Assembly (NCBI GenBank): GCA_036443455.1
Contig: JAZFYI010000077.1
Span: forward strand, 1-53,523
Direction of reading: 5' to 3'
DNA length: 53,523 nt
DNA from: Gammaproteobacteria bacterium
GTDB taxonomy: Bacteria > Pseudomonadota > Gammaproteobacteria > Steroidobacterales > MnTg04
The notes below the pieces were generated by a model. That model was not told the origin of the DNA and made no database searches. It saw only the letters and a list, made by a program, of their open reading frames with translations. Of the stretch, positions 9,121 to 17,871 are shown piece after piece. How positions within the stretch are numbered: position 1 is the first letter of the stretch; every line of letters begins with the position of its first letter. A program made the position numbers and the translations under genes.

Positions 9121-10425
9121 TCAAAAACTGTAGCGAGCACGCGCAAAAATATTGCTGTTGTCCTCGAGTTGCCCAAAAAACGTGTATGGCTTGCTGCCGC
9201 CAAACAGGTTGGCGCCGCCGATGAAACTCCAGGCATCGTTCATCCGGTAACGGACCTGGGGCCGCAGGTGGTAATCACTGTCACTCGGGGAGACGAACAC
9301 AAACAGCGAATGCTGCCACCGGTCACGCGCATCGTGGTAGTTCAGGCGCGTGGTCAGCAAAGTACGCAGTTGCTCTGCCTCAAACTGCGGGGTGAGCGAG
9401 TTTTGCAACAAGCGTCCATGGTGCGATGTCCACTCGCCATATAGCTGCAAGCCAAGGCTCAGGCGGGCAACCAGCTCCCTTTCATAACCGAGCAACAAGC
9501 GCAGTTGTGAGTTGGGCAACAGCGGATCGTCACCCGAGCGATCGTCCCGGCTATCGTAAAAGGCAAATTCGAAGTTGGCGATACCCCCCCATGCCGGCCG
9601 GCGCAGGCTCGCACCATAGACGCTGAGCCTGGGGAAAAACAGCGTCTGCTGCGCAGTGACGCCCAGCGGCTGTTTCCAGAAACCGAAATAGACATAGGCC
9701 GCATATTCGACAGAGTTGGCCGTCTTGTACAAACGCGCGGCGAGCTCGCCATTGCCCAGGCTGCGCCCGGGCTTTTGCGCAACCAGCGGTGGATCGGGGG
9801 CAACGATGCCGCCTGCGAAAGCCGAGAAAAATGAGAATCGCTTGCCGTTCAGGAATCTATCGTCGGCGAAGACCGGTGTCCAGGCCAGGTCTATATTGAT
9901 AGCCTTGCCGAACACGCTGGCACGCACGGTGTTTGACGGCGCTTTCAGGTACTCATCATCACGACCGGTAAAAAAGGAAACGAAATCCTTTGGAAACAGG
10001 TCATTCAGGAACAGGAAGTCGCCGGTACCCCAGGTCAGCACCTGCCGGCCAATCTTGATATCCACGTTGGCGGCTGGCGCAAACACCAACGCCAGCTCAC
10101 GAACATTGGCATCCAGCGCAGCTTCTACATCGTCAGCATAAATATCGGCTTTTAGCGCCAGCGACCACCGCTCACGGACAAGCTCCGTCTCGCCGCGAAA
10201 CCTGGTTTCGGCCAGAGTCGTACGCCGTCCAACGGCAGAATCGCTCTGCAAACGGCTCCCGAAACCCGCCTCGACAAAGCCATGGAATGGCATGTCCTCC
10301 ACTGTTTCCTCGCCCCAGTCGTCATCCCAATCGTCTTCGACGACGCCCTGGTCCTCGGCGAGCAGCGCGGGCGAGAAAAACAACAGCAGTACGATCAGGC
10401 GCAATTTCAAGCCGCTAGCCCGCAT
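9121..10425 (-). CDS. Putative outer-membrane beta-barrel protein (alginate-export/DUF1302-like porin)
   Basis: It has a signal peptide (MRASGLKLRLIVLLLFFSPALLA), an acidic linker, a KIGRQVLTWGTGDF motif, alternating beta-strand patterning and a C-terminal ...ARARYSF beta-signal. Confidence 0.65.
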   Translation of the reverse strand: MRASGLKLRLIVLLLFFSPALLAEDQGVVEDDWDDDWGEETVEDMPFHGFVEAGFGSRLQSDSAVGRRTTLAETRFRGETELVRERWSLALKADIYADDVEAALDANVRELALVFAPAANVDIKIGRQVLTWGTGDFLFLNDLFPKDFVSFFTGRDDEYLKAPSNTVRASVFGKAINIDLAWTPVFADDRFLNGKRFSFFSAFAGGIVAPDPPLVAQKPGRSLGNGELAARLYKTANSVEYAAYVYFGFWKQPLGVTAQQTLFFPRLSVYGASLRRPAWGGIANFEFAFYDSRDDRSGDDPLLPNSQLRLLLGYERELVARLSLGLQLYGEWTSHHGRLLQNSLTPQFEAEQLRTLLTTRLNYHDARDRWQHSLFVFVSPSDSDYHLRPQVRYRMNDAWSFIGGANLFGGSKPYTFFGQLEDNSNIFARARYSF

Positions 10426-10673
10426 ACTTCACCAAGGATCGCGGATTCTGGGTGAGGGCTCGGGCGGCTGAGGGCGGGTCTGGAGCGAAACCCATAGCGG
10501 TGGCTATGGGTTGAGTGAAGACCAAGCTCAGGCGTCCGAGAACCAGCCAGGGCCGCGATAGGTGGCCGCCGGCGCACAGACTGTAATCATCCATCAACGG
10601 ACCGATGCCTCATAATACCTGTACGTTCCTTACCTTAATTCCGGCGGCTACCGCCTTGGTGAAATATGCGGGC
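10418..10673 (-). repeat. 20-bp inverted repeats (19/20) flanking 216 bp and closing a three-way junction; the left arm covers the SD and ATG of the OMP gene
   Basis: 10418-10437 GCCCGCATACTTCACCAAGG pairs with 10654-10673 CCTTGGTGAAATATGCGGGC. Nested helices are 10438-10444/10553-10559 (7 bp) and 10561-10572/10641-10652 (12 bp). An internal hairpin lies at 10489-10512. Confidence 0.6.
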
Positions 10674-10695
10674 CAACTCCATGCAATGGCTGTGG

Positions 10696-11508
10696 CTATC
10701 CGGATGGCCGTTTCAGCCATTGGCGTGGCGGATTACGCAGCGAGCGTTCGCTGAAAACCTCCTGGGGCAGTCCCAGGTCAAAGTGGCTATAACGAAATTC
10801 CAGCAGCGTATGGCCACCGCCTTGCAAATCGTCCATTTTCGAACGAATGACCGTTGGATGCCCCTGGATCGATTTGACTTCGAGAACTTCCATACGCCGG
10901 TAAATTTCGCCGATCTCGTTGATATATTCGATTTTCATTGGCAGAAAGGTCTGCTTGTCCACCCACACGGTGTAGCTTTTGAATTCTACCGTGGCCGGAT
11001 TTTTTGGCGTGTTCTCCAGCACGTAGGACTGAGCGTCGCTGCCTGTCAGCACGTGGTGATCGTCATTCGGATTACGTCCGGAAACGTCTTCGTAAAAAAA
11101 ATGCGCGCCGACAAAACTGGTCCGCTTGTCGCCGGCCGATATACGTTTCACCAGGTCCAGGCCCGGCAGGTACAGCCAGCGATCGTCATCGCCGTCGATG
11201 TGCTTTGCCACCTGGAAAACCATGCCGCGCACATCGGCAGGGCGGCTGAAGAACACCATGAAATCCTGATCGCCGCCGTCTTCGCGGTCACGCCTGAGAA
11301 TCGTAAATTGCCGCAGTTGTTCACGGCCCTGCCCATCCCTGATTCGCATACGTGCGTCGCTGCGCCCATCGTCGCCGGCATAATAGGCGGCAAGATTGGC
11401 TCGCCGGATAATTTCAGCCGCATCGGTGAGATCCGCCGCAAGGGAAAATACGGGTACTCCCAGCAGCGCCAGCGCCAGGCTTGCAGCGAGTCCAGCTTGC
11501 ATATTCAA
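10696..11508 (-). CDS. Outer-membrane lipoprotein-sorting (LolA-like) protein
   Basis: It has a signal peptide (MNMQAGLAASLALALLGVPVFSLA). ...RMRIRDGQGREQLRQFTILRRD......DQDFMVFFSRPADVRGMVFQV...DDDRWLYLPGL..VKRIS is typical of the LolA-like family that accompanies COG1033 RND exporters. Confidence 0.7.
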   Translation of the reverse strand: MNMQAGLAASLALALLGVPVFSLAADLTDAAEIIRRANLAAYYAGDDGRSDARMRIRDGQGREQLRQFTILRRDREDGGDQDFMVFFSRPADVRGMVFQVAKHIDGDDDRWLYLPGLDLVKRISAGDKRTSFVGAHFFYEDVSGRNPNDDHHVLTGSDAQSYVLENTPKNPATVEFKSYTVWVDKQTFLPMKIEYINEIGEIYRRMEVLEVKSIQGHPTVIRSKMDDLQGGGHTLLEFRYSHFDLGLPQEVFSERSLRNPPRQWLKRPSG

Positions 11509-14108
11509 CCTCCTGAGTGCGATTGCTTTGCACCAACGGAACAGTGTGACTCGGGCAACAAGCGGCCGCGCAGGATGCTTAACATCGCCGGCAGCAAAAC
11601 CAGGGTGACGATCGCCGACACGGCCATGATTCCCGCCAGGAATGCGCCGACCGTTACATACGGCAGCAACGGCGCGAGCAGCAGCGGCGTAAAGCCGATG
11701 GCGACGACAACGGTGTTGCGCGTGATCGCCCGTGCCGGCTCTTCGAACATTCGCTTCATCGTCGATGCAAACGAACCGGTTTCGCGGTGAATTGCCCGTG
11801 CGCGCTCGAGGAAGTGAATCGCGAAATCCACCGACAAGCCAAGGGTCAGCGCCGAAAGCACGGCGATCGGCATGTCATAGTCCTTGCCGATCCAGCCGAT
11901 CAGGCCATAAATCAGCGTGATCGTGATAGTCAGCGGCAACATGGCGAGCACGCCGTAGAAAAACGATCGAAACAGTACGATCATCATGATCAGCACCACG
12001 ACGAAAGCGCCCAGCAGGCTTTTGGCCATGCCCGCCACCATCGCGTCCTGCCAGACGACATTGATATAGGTCTTGCCGGCCCATCTCCTGCTCAGCTCCG
12101 CTGGCAACGGGTGGTCTGCCAGGTATGCATCGAGCTGCGCCATCACCTCGCTCATGTCCTGGTTATCGCCGCTGCGCAATTGCAGCCAGATAACCGCGGA
12201 GCGGTAATCCGGCGTGACCATGTGCCAAAGGTCGTGCGGGCGATGGGAGGACTGATAGACCAGCAGAGTCTGGGCGATCCCGGCCGTAGTGGCCGGGATC
12301 GCAAAATCCGCCGCCATGCCGCTGTGCAATTCGCGGTTGACGGTCTTGAGCAAATCCGGCAGCGCGTTGGTCTTGCCTACATGAGCACTGTCGGCAAGCA
12401 CCCGCTGCAGGGTTTCGAGCAGCCGCACGGCCTCGGGTTGCTGGAAATACTTCGCCTGGCTTTGCGCGGCCTCGGCAGACGCAAGCAAGTCTTCAAGATA
12501 AGGAATTTCGGCGTCGCCGGCATCGAACAATGCATCGTCCAGCCCCGTGATCATGGCATCCAGCTGCTCACCAGGATCGTCCAAACCAGTCCTGGCCGCC
12601 GCATCCCACCCGATGGCATCCAGATCCACCCCATCGAGCCGTGCGCGAGCGAGAATTTTCTCTGCTTGCCCTGAAAACCGTCGGTAAGCATCCTGCCCGT
12701 GCTGCCGCAGCACCAGGAACGCATCGTAGGTGCCGGCAAAATGGCGGTTAAGCGCTTCATCTGCAACCCGGATGCGGTGATCCGACTTGAACCAGTTTAC
12801 CGGGTTGTCGTTGATCTGGATTCGGCTTACCCCGAGGATGCTTAGCCCGAAAACAACTGCAAAGGTAACCATCAGCTTCATGGCATTGGCCGTCGAAAAC
12901 CGGCCAAGCGTTGGCAACAGGCGCGATAACATACCGGGCTTATCCTCCGCCCGGGATGATTTTTGCAACGCTCTTAGCTGGGCCGGGCTCATGCACACGA
13001 CGTAGGCAGGGACAAAAACGATGGTCAGCAGAAACGCGAGCATGATGCCAAAGCCCACGAAAATGCCAAAAACCTGCACGGGTGGAATCGGCGTTATCGC
13101 CAGCGACAGGAACCCTATGGTCGAGGTAACCGAGGTAAACAACATGGGCCGGAACAAGTGGCTGACGACTTGCCGGATCGTCACCCCGACATCGTCACCC
13201 TCCTGAAAAGTGTCAGCGAACTCCGACAGGATGTGAACTGAATCCACCACCGCGATAGGCATCAGGAAAATCGGGATCATCGAACTCATGATGTGGACGG
13301 TATAGCCCATCCCGATCATCAGGCCCATGGCGCAGATGACGGTCGCCATCGCAACGATCATCGGCGCTACCACCAGCGCGGCGTTGCGGAAGAAAAACCA
13401 CATCAGGAGGAAAATAGCCAGCCCCGCCAGCGGCGCCGATATTCCCATCTGGACGAACATTTCGTAGCCGAAGGTGTCCTCGGCCACCGGCAGACCGGTA
13501 ATGTGGTAACTGTCGGTTGCGCCGCTCCCGGCGAGCGACCGCTCGATAATCTGATCGATCTCGCGGGAGATCCGGTAGCTTTGGTCCTTGCTGACAATCG
13601 GCACATAAATCGCAGCCGCCTTGCCATCGCCGGACACCAGTGTATTCATCAGCAAGGGCAAACGTTCCACCGCCGCACGTATCGCCAGCGCCTGCTTCCC
13701 GGTCTGCGGTGCCTCGTGCATCAGCCATTCGAAACTGATCGCGCCCGCACCATCCTGGCTGACATTATCGACCACCGACAGTGACATCAGGTCATGGCGC
13801 ACTACCCCATCGATCTTGAGGATCTCCTGACTGACGCGATGGATCGCCGCCAGCGAACGGACGTTGTAAATGCCCTCCGGATCGTCATCGTTGACCGCGC
13901 CAACCACGATCGCGTCGGCAAGACCGAACTCTTTCTTGGTTTGGTTGTGAAATGCGCGATCGGGCTGCCCCTCCGGGAGCATGTTCTCGGGGTCTGTATC
14001 GATCCTGATCGATGGAATCTGCAGGCCCAGCCCCAGCGTCAAAAGGGCGACAAACAGATAGATCGTCCGGGGTCTCGAGGTGGCCAGATTGGCAATCCTG
14101 TGAGTCAT
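11505..14108 (-). CDS. RND-superfamily exporter (MMPL/COG1033 type, two 6-TM bundles)
   Basis: 867 aa. The N-terminal TM is followed by ...IRIDTDPENMLP. There are two hydrophobic blocks with large soluble loops. It overlaps the downstream LolA-like gene by 4 nt. Confidence 0.85.
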   Translation of the reverse strand: MTHRIANLATSRPRTIYLFVALLTLGLGLQIPSIRIDTDPENMLPEGQPDRAFHNQTKKEFGLADAIVVGAVNDDDPEGIYNVRSLAAIHRVSQEILKIDGVVRHDLMSLSVVDNVSQDGAGAISFEWLMHEAPQTGKQALAIRAAVERLPLLMNTLVSGDGKAAAIYVPIVSKDQSYRISREIDQIIERSLAGSGATDSYHITGLPVAEDTFGYEMFVQMGISAPLAGLAIFLLMWFFFRNAALVVAPMIVAMATVICAMGLMIGMGYTVHIMSSMIPIFLMPIAVVDSVHILSEFADTFQEGDDVGVTIRQVVSHLFRPMLFTSVTSTIGFLSLAITPIPPVQVFGIFVGFGIMLAFLLTIVFVPAYVVCMSPAQLRALQKSSRAEDKPGMLSRLLPTLGRFSTANAMKLMVTFAVVFGLSILGVSRIQINDNPVNWFKSDHRIRVADEALNRHFAGTYDAFLVLRQHGQDAYRRFSGQAEKILARARLDGVDLDAIGWDAAARTGLDDPGEQLDAMITGLDDALFDAGDAEIPYLEDLLASAEAAQSQAKYFQQPEAVRLLETLQRVLADSAHVGKTNALPDLLKTVNRELHSGMAADFAIPATTAGIAQTLLVYQSSHRPHDLWHMVTPDYRSAVIWLQLRSGDNQDMSEVMAQLDAYLADHPLPAELSRRWAGKTYINVVWQDAMVAGMAKSLLGAFVVVLIMMIVLFRSFFYGVLAMLPLTITITLIYGLIGWIGKDYDMPIAVLSALTLGLSVDFAIHFLERARAIHRETGSFASTMKRMFEEPARAITRNTVVVAIGFTPLLLAPLLPYVTVGAFLAGIMAVSAIVTLVLLPAMLSILRGRLLPESHCSVGAKQSHSGG

Positions 14109-14131
14109 CGCCGGCAGCGGGCTGAGCCCGG

Positions 14132-15019
14132 CTAAAACCGGTCCAGCGGAAGTTTGAGATAACGGGTACCGTCGTCTTCAGGTTCCGGCAATGCGCCCGC
14201 GCGGATATTGACCTGGATCGATGGAAGAATCAGCGCCGGCATATTGAGCCGGGCGTCCCTGGTGTTGCGCATCTTTACAAACTGGTCGACGCTGCTGGAC
14301 TCGTTGACATGAATATTGTGTTTTTTCTGCTCTCCGATCGTGGTCATGCAACTCTGTTCACGGCCGGCCGGTGGATAATCATGGCAAAGATACAGGCGCG
14401 TTTCGTCTGGCAATTCATAAATCCTCTGGATGGACCGGTAGAGGAGGCGGGCATCGCCCCCGGGGAAATCGCAGCGCGCAGTGCCGAAGTCCGGCATGAA
14501 CATCGTGTCGCCAACAAAAGCGGCATCGCCGAACACATAAGTCACGCTGTCGTTGGTATGTCCGGGTGTGTGCATGACCCGGCCAGGGACGCTTCCGATC
14601 CGGATCTCCTCGTTGTCACGGAACAAATGGTCAAACTGGCTCCCGTCCGGCCGGAAATGGTCAGCAAGGTTGAAAACTTTCGCAAAGGTTTTCTGTACCG
14701 TCGTGATTCCCTCACCAATTCCTATTTTTGCACCGAGCTTGCCGCGCAGGTACATAGCGGCGCTCAGGTGATCGGCATGCGCATGAGTCTCGAGGATCCA
14801 CTCCGCCTGGTACTCGTTTTCGTCCAGCCAGGCGATGAGACGATCAGCCGATTCGGTACCGGTACGACCGGACCTGCAATCGAAATCGAGCACTGAATCG
14901 ATAATGGCGGCCTGTCGCGAATCGGGGTCAGCCGCCACATGGCTGATTGTCGATGTCGCCTGGTGGAAAAAGCTTGCTACCTGAATCTGCATTTTCGCCG
15001 CCTGTGCGTCCTGGTCCAC
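14132..15019 (-). CDS. MBL-fold metallo-hydrolase, persulfide-dioxygenase/glyoxalase II-like
   Basis: ETHAHADHLSAA (HxHxDH), HTPGHT and FPGGDARLLYRSIQRI..LPDETRLYLCHDY are present. The GTG start at 15019 has GGGAGAG upstream. An alternative ATG lies at 14992 (MQIQVASFF...). Confidence 0.8.
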   Translation of the reverse strand: MDQDAQAAKMQIQVASFFHQATSTISHVAADPDSRQAAIIDSVLDFDCRSGRTGTESADRLIAWLDENEYQAEWILETHAHADHLSAAMYLRGKLGAKIGIGEGITTVQKTFAKVFNLADHFRPDGSQFDHLFRDNEEIRIGSVPGRVMHTPGHTNDSVTYVFGDAAFVGDTMFMPDFGTARCDFPGGDARLLYRSIQRIYELPDETRLYLCHDYPPAGREQSCMTTIGEQKKHNIHVNESSSVDQFVKMRNTRDARLNMPALILPSIQVNIRAGALPEPEDDGTRYLKLPLDRF

Positions 15020-15093
15020 TTCTGGCAGACTCTCCCTGGCATGGAAAACTGCCCCAGCTTACCAGTTTGTCGGACTTTGGCCCGCCAGGCCAC

Positions 15094-15121
15094 AAAAAAA
15101 GCCTCCCGCGATGCGGAAGGC
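15094..15121 (-). terminator. Rho-independent terminator downstream of pilQ
   Basis: The minus-strand RNA reads GCCUUCCGC-AUC-GCGGGAGGC (9-bp stem with one G:U) followed by UUUUUUU (plus-strand A-run 15094-15100). Confidence 0.65.
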
Positions 15122-15149
15122 TTTTATTGTCGATCTGTGATTCCGGAAA

Positions 15150-17318
15150 TCAGTAGGCGCTGCTACCGTCTCGAAGAATCTTCGGCGTGATAAATATCAG
15201 CAACTCCGATTTGTTGGATTCGTTTACCGTTGACTTGAACAGGCGACCGATGATCGGGATATCCCCAAGAATCGGCACCTGGTTGATCACTTCGCGGTTT
15301 TCGGTCTCGTATATACCACCAAGAACAACGGTCTCGCCATCGTTGACCAGGACCTGCGTTATCACCTCGCGAGTATCGATACTCGGGACAAATCCGCCGG
15401 TCGCGCTGGCCACGCTTTCACCCACGCTGTCCTGGTTAACCTGGAGATCCATGATAATCCGGTCATCAGGGGTGATCTGCGGTGTTACCAGCAGTCTCAA
15501 TACAGCTTTCTTGAACTGGGTCGTTGTCGCGCCACTGGACGATGATTCCTGGAAGGGAATCTCGACACCTTGTTCGATGCTGGCTTGCTTCTGATTGGCG
15601 GTTACTACGCGCGGCGTGGAAATGATTTCGCCGCGTCCTTCCGCCTGCAACGCGGATAACTCGAGATCGACAATAAAATCGTTGTCCAGGATTGCCAGCG
15701 CCACTTTGCCAGCCGGGTTGATGACCGGCAGATTGACATTAAAGCGATCGGTGATCGACGGCGCTTCAACCGGGAAGGGTTGCCCGGTGTTCTGGATATT
15801 ATCCAGCGCGGAATCGACTATCGTTCCGGAACCCGATGCGCTGCCTGTGGTCGTAAACAGACCGCCACTGCCAAAATCGTCTACATAGGTCACGCCAAAG
15901 CGTGCGCCCAGTTCCTTGCTGTAGTCGTCATTAACGGTGACGATGCGCGCTTCGATCAAAACCTGGCGAATCGGAATATCGAGTATCGCCACCATTCTTC
16001 GAATGTCGGCTAACCGTTCCTCGGTATCCTGCACCAGCAAGGTGTTGGTTCTCGCGTCTACCGCAACGCTGCCACGCTCCGAGAGCAGGGAATTCTCGGC
16101 GCTGGATCTCATCAGTTCAGCAAGATCGTTGGCCTTGGCATAGTTGACCTGTACGAATTCCGCACGCAGCGGTTCAAGCTCCTGGCGCTGTGCGTAGGTT
16201 TCCAGTTCCTGGCGTTCGCGCGCGGCGATCTCGTCCGCCGGCGCAATCAGGATCACGTTGCCCTGTTGACGCATATCCAGGCCCTTGGTGCGCAATACGA
16301 TATCCAGCGCCTGGTCCCACGGAACATTCTGCAAACGCAGCGTAACGCTGCCTGCTACGGTGTCGCTGACCACCATGTTCAGGCCGCTTGTATCGGCGAG
16401 CAACTGCAGCACCGCACGGGTTTCGATGTCCTGGAAGTTCAGCGACATACGCTCGCCGACATATTCTTTTTCAATCTCGGGAGTAAAAGCCTTGTCTTTT
16501 TCGGGAGCCTTGCTGATCTCGACGGTAAAGACGTTGTCAGACTGGTAGGCCACTTCTTCGAAATCACCCATGGCGGCAATAATCAGCCTCGTGTTGTTGC
16601 CGACTCTGAGCGTATCCACCGATGAAACCGGCGTTGCGAAATCCATCACGTCCATGCGACGGAGCAGACTGTCAGGCAGGCTGGCGCCTTGAAAATCGAC
16701 CAGGACCAGGTTGCCTTGCTGACGCAAATCTATAGCTGTGCTGGGGTCGCTCAGGGTCACCATAATGCGACCCGCACCATCCGGGCTACGACGAAAATCG
16801 ATACTTTCAATTCTGGCCGCACTCCGCGACTGGCTGCCTGGTCTTGAACTGCCGGCAAAACTTGCGGCCTGGCCCGCGCTTCCTGCAACGCCGAGAAGAA
16901 TGACAATACTGTTGCCGGAAACGCGTGTCTCGTATGGCACGAGTACATCCATATTCAGGACGACCCGGGTGCGACCGCCGGCTTCGGCGGTGACCACGGA
17001 ATTGAGCGGTCCGATCCCAACATTGGTGCGCCGCCGGTCCATATTCAGGCTGGTGCCCGGCAGATCCAGTGCAATACGCGCCGGGTCGTTGATCGTAAAG
17101 CTTAGCGGCTCGGGCGCGGCGCCACTCAGTCGCAGCTCAAGCTGCACTTGCTGGCCAGGCAAAGTAACAACCTTGATATCTTCCAGCTGAATAGTGCTTT
17201 GCGCCGCTGCAGGCAGAGCCAACAAACAGACCAGCGCGGCACCTATCCATTTGCCAACGTAGCGTCCCAATCCATTGCCACCGTGTAAATCACGTCCTGG
17301 CAGATTCATGAACTTCAT
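15150..17318 (-). CDS. pilQ: Type IV pilus secretin PilQ
   Basis: N-terminal AMIN repeats are followed by a secretin domain (...PILGDIPIIGRLF....N....ELLIFITPKI). Confidence 0.95.
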   Translation of the reverse strand: MKFMNLPGRDLHGGNGLGRYVGKWIGAALVCLLALPAAAQSTIQLEDIKVVTLPGQQVQLELRLSGAAPEPLSFTINDPARIALDLPGTSLNMDRRRTNVGIGPLNSVVTAEAGGRTRVVLNMDVLVPYETRVSGNSIVILLGVAGSAGQAASFAGSSRPGSQSRSAARIESIDFRRSPDGAGRIMVTLSDPSTAIDLRQQGNLVLVDFQGASLPDSLLRRMDVMDFATPVSSVDTLRVGNNTRLIIAAMGDFEEVAYQSDNVFTVEISKAPEKDKAFTPEIEKEYVGERMSLNFQDIETRAVLQLLADTSGLNMVVSDTVAGSVTLRLQNVPWDQALDIVLRTKGLDMRQQGNVILIAPADEIAARERQELETYAQRQELEPLRAEFVQVNYAKANDLAELMRSSAENSLLSERGSVAVDARTNTLLVQDTEERLADIRRMVAILDIPIRQVLIEARIVTVNDDYSKELGARFGVTYVDDFGSGGLFTTTGSASGSGTIVDSALDNIQNTGQPFPVEAPSITDRFNVNLPVINPAGKVALAILDNDFIVDLELSALQAEGRGEIISTPRVVTANQKQASIEQGVEIPFQESSSSGATTTQFKKAVLRLLVTPQITPDDRIIMDLQVNQDSVGESVASATGGFVPSIDTREVITQVLVNDGETVVLGGIYETENREVINQVPILGDIPIIGRLFKSTVNESNKSELLIFITPKILRDGSSAY

Positions 17319-17338
17319 TTCTGTCTCTCCCTGTATTC

Positions 17339-17866
17339 TCAGTCACTCAGCGCCACGGCAGCGGGCCTTTCGATATAGCCGCCGAGACCATCTGAAATGA
17401 TTTCAAGCAATTCGATTTCAACATCGTTAATGATCTTGATTTGCCCATCGTTCTGGCCAATGTAGTCGCCAACGACCACCCGGTGAACAAGGCCGTTACT
17501 GGTTTGCAAAAGACCATACATCGTTCCGCCCAATTCGAGCGTGCCAACCATATTCATGGTATCCAGCGAAAACTGCTCCAGAAATTCTCTGCTGCGGCTT
17601 ACATCCGGACCGATCGCAGAACCGGCCGCATTGCGGACCAGCACCACGGGCGTATCCGGCGCAAACGGCGATCGCTTGTCATCCGCCTCGTACAAAAAAG
17701 TGTCATAAGGCTTGATCTGCGGGAGCGGCTTGATTCGGCCACCGGGCTCGGCCAGGGTCTTTTTGACAAAGGCGTCCAGATCGGCTGTACCACCGGTGCA
17801 ACCAGCCAGCAACCCGAAAGCGGCGATAACCACGAGCATGAAGCATGTACGCATACCTGTATTCAT
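17339..17866 (-). CDS. pilP: Type IV pilus assembly lipoprotein PilP
   Basis: Lipobox LLAGC, a PilP-like C-terminal beta domain and its position between pilO and pilQ. Confidence 0.85.
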   Translation of the reverse strand: MNTGMRTCFMLVVIAAFGLLAGCTGGTADLDAFVKKTLAEPGGRIKPLPQIKPYDTFLYEADDKRSPFAPDTPVVLVRNAAGSAIGPDVSRSREFLEQFSLDTMNMVGTLELGGTMYGLLQTSNGLVHRVVVGDYIGQNDGQIKIINDVEIELLEIISDGLGGYIERPAAVALSD

Positions 17867-17871
17867 GGTGA

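Noticed and set aside
10453-10475. Tandem TGAGGGC repeats, considered as a possible CRISPR or tandem-repeat locus.
   Set aside because: Only two 7-nt copies, 16 nt apart, inside the structured element. This is far too short and too few for a CRISPR array or VNTR.
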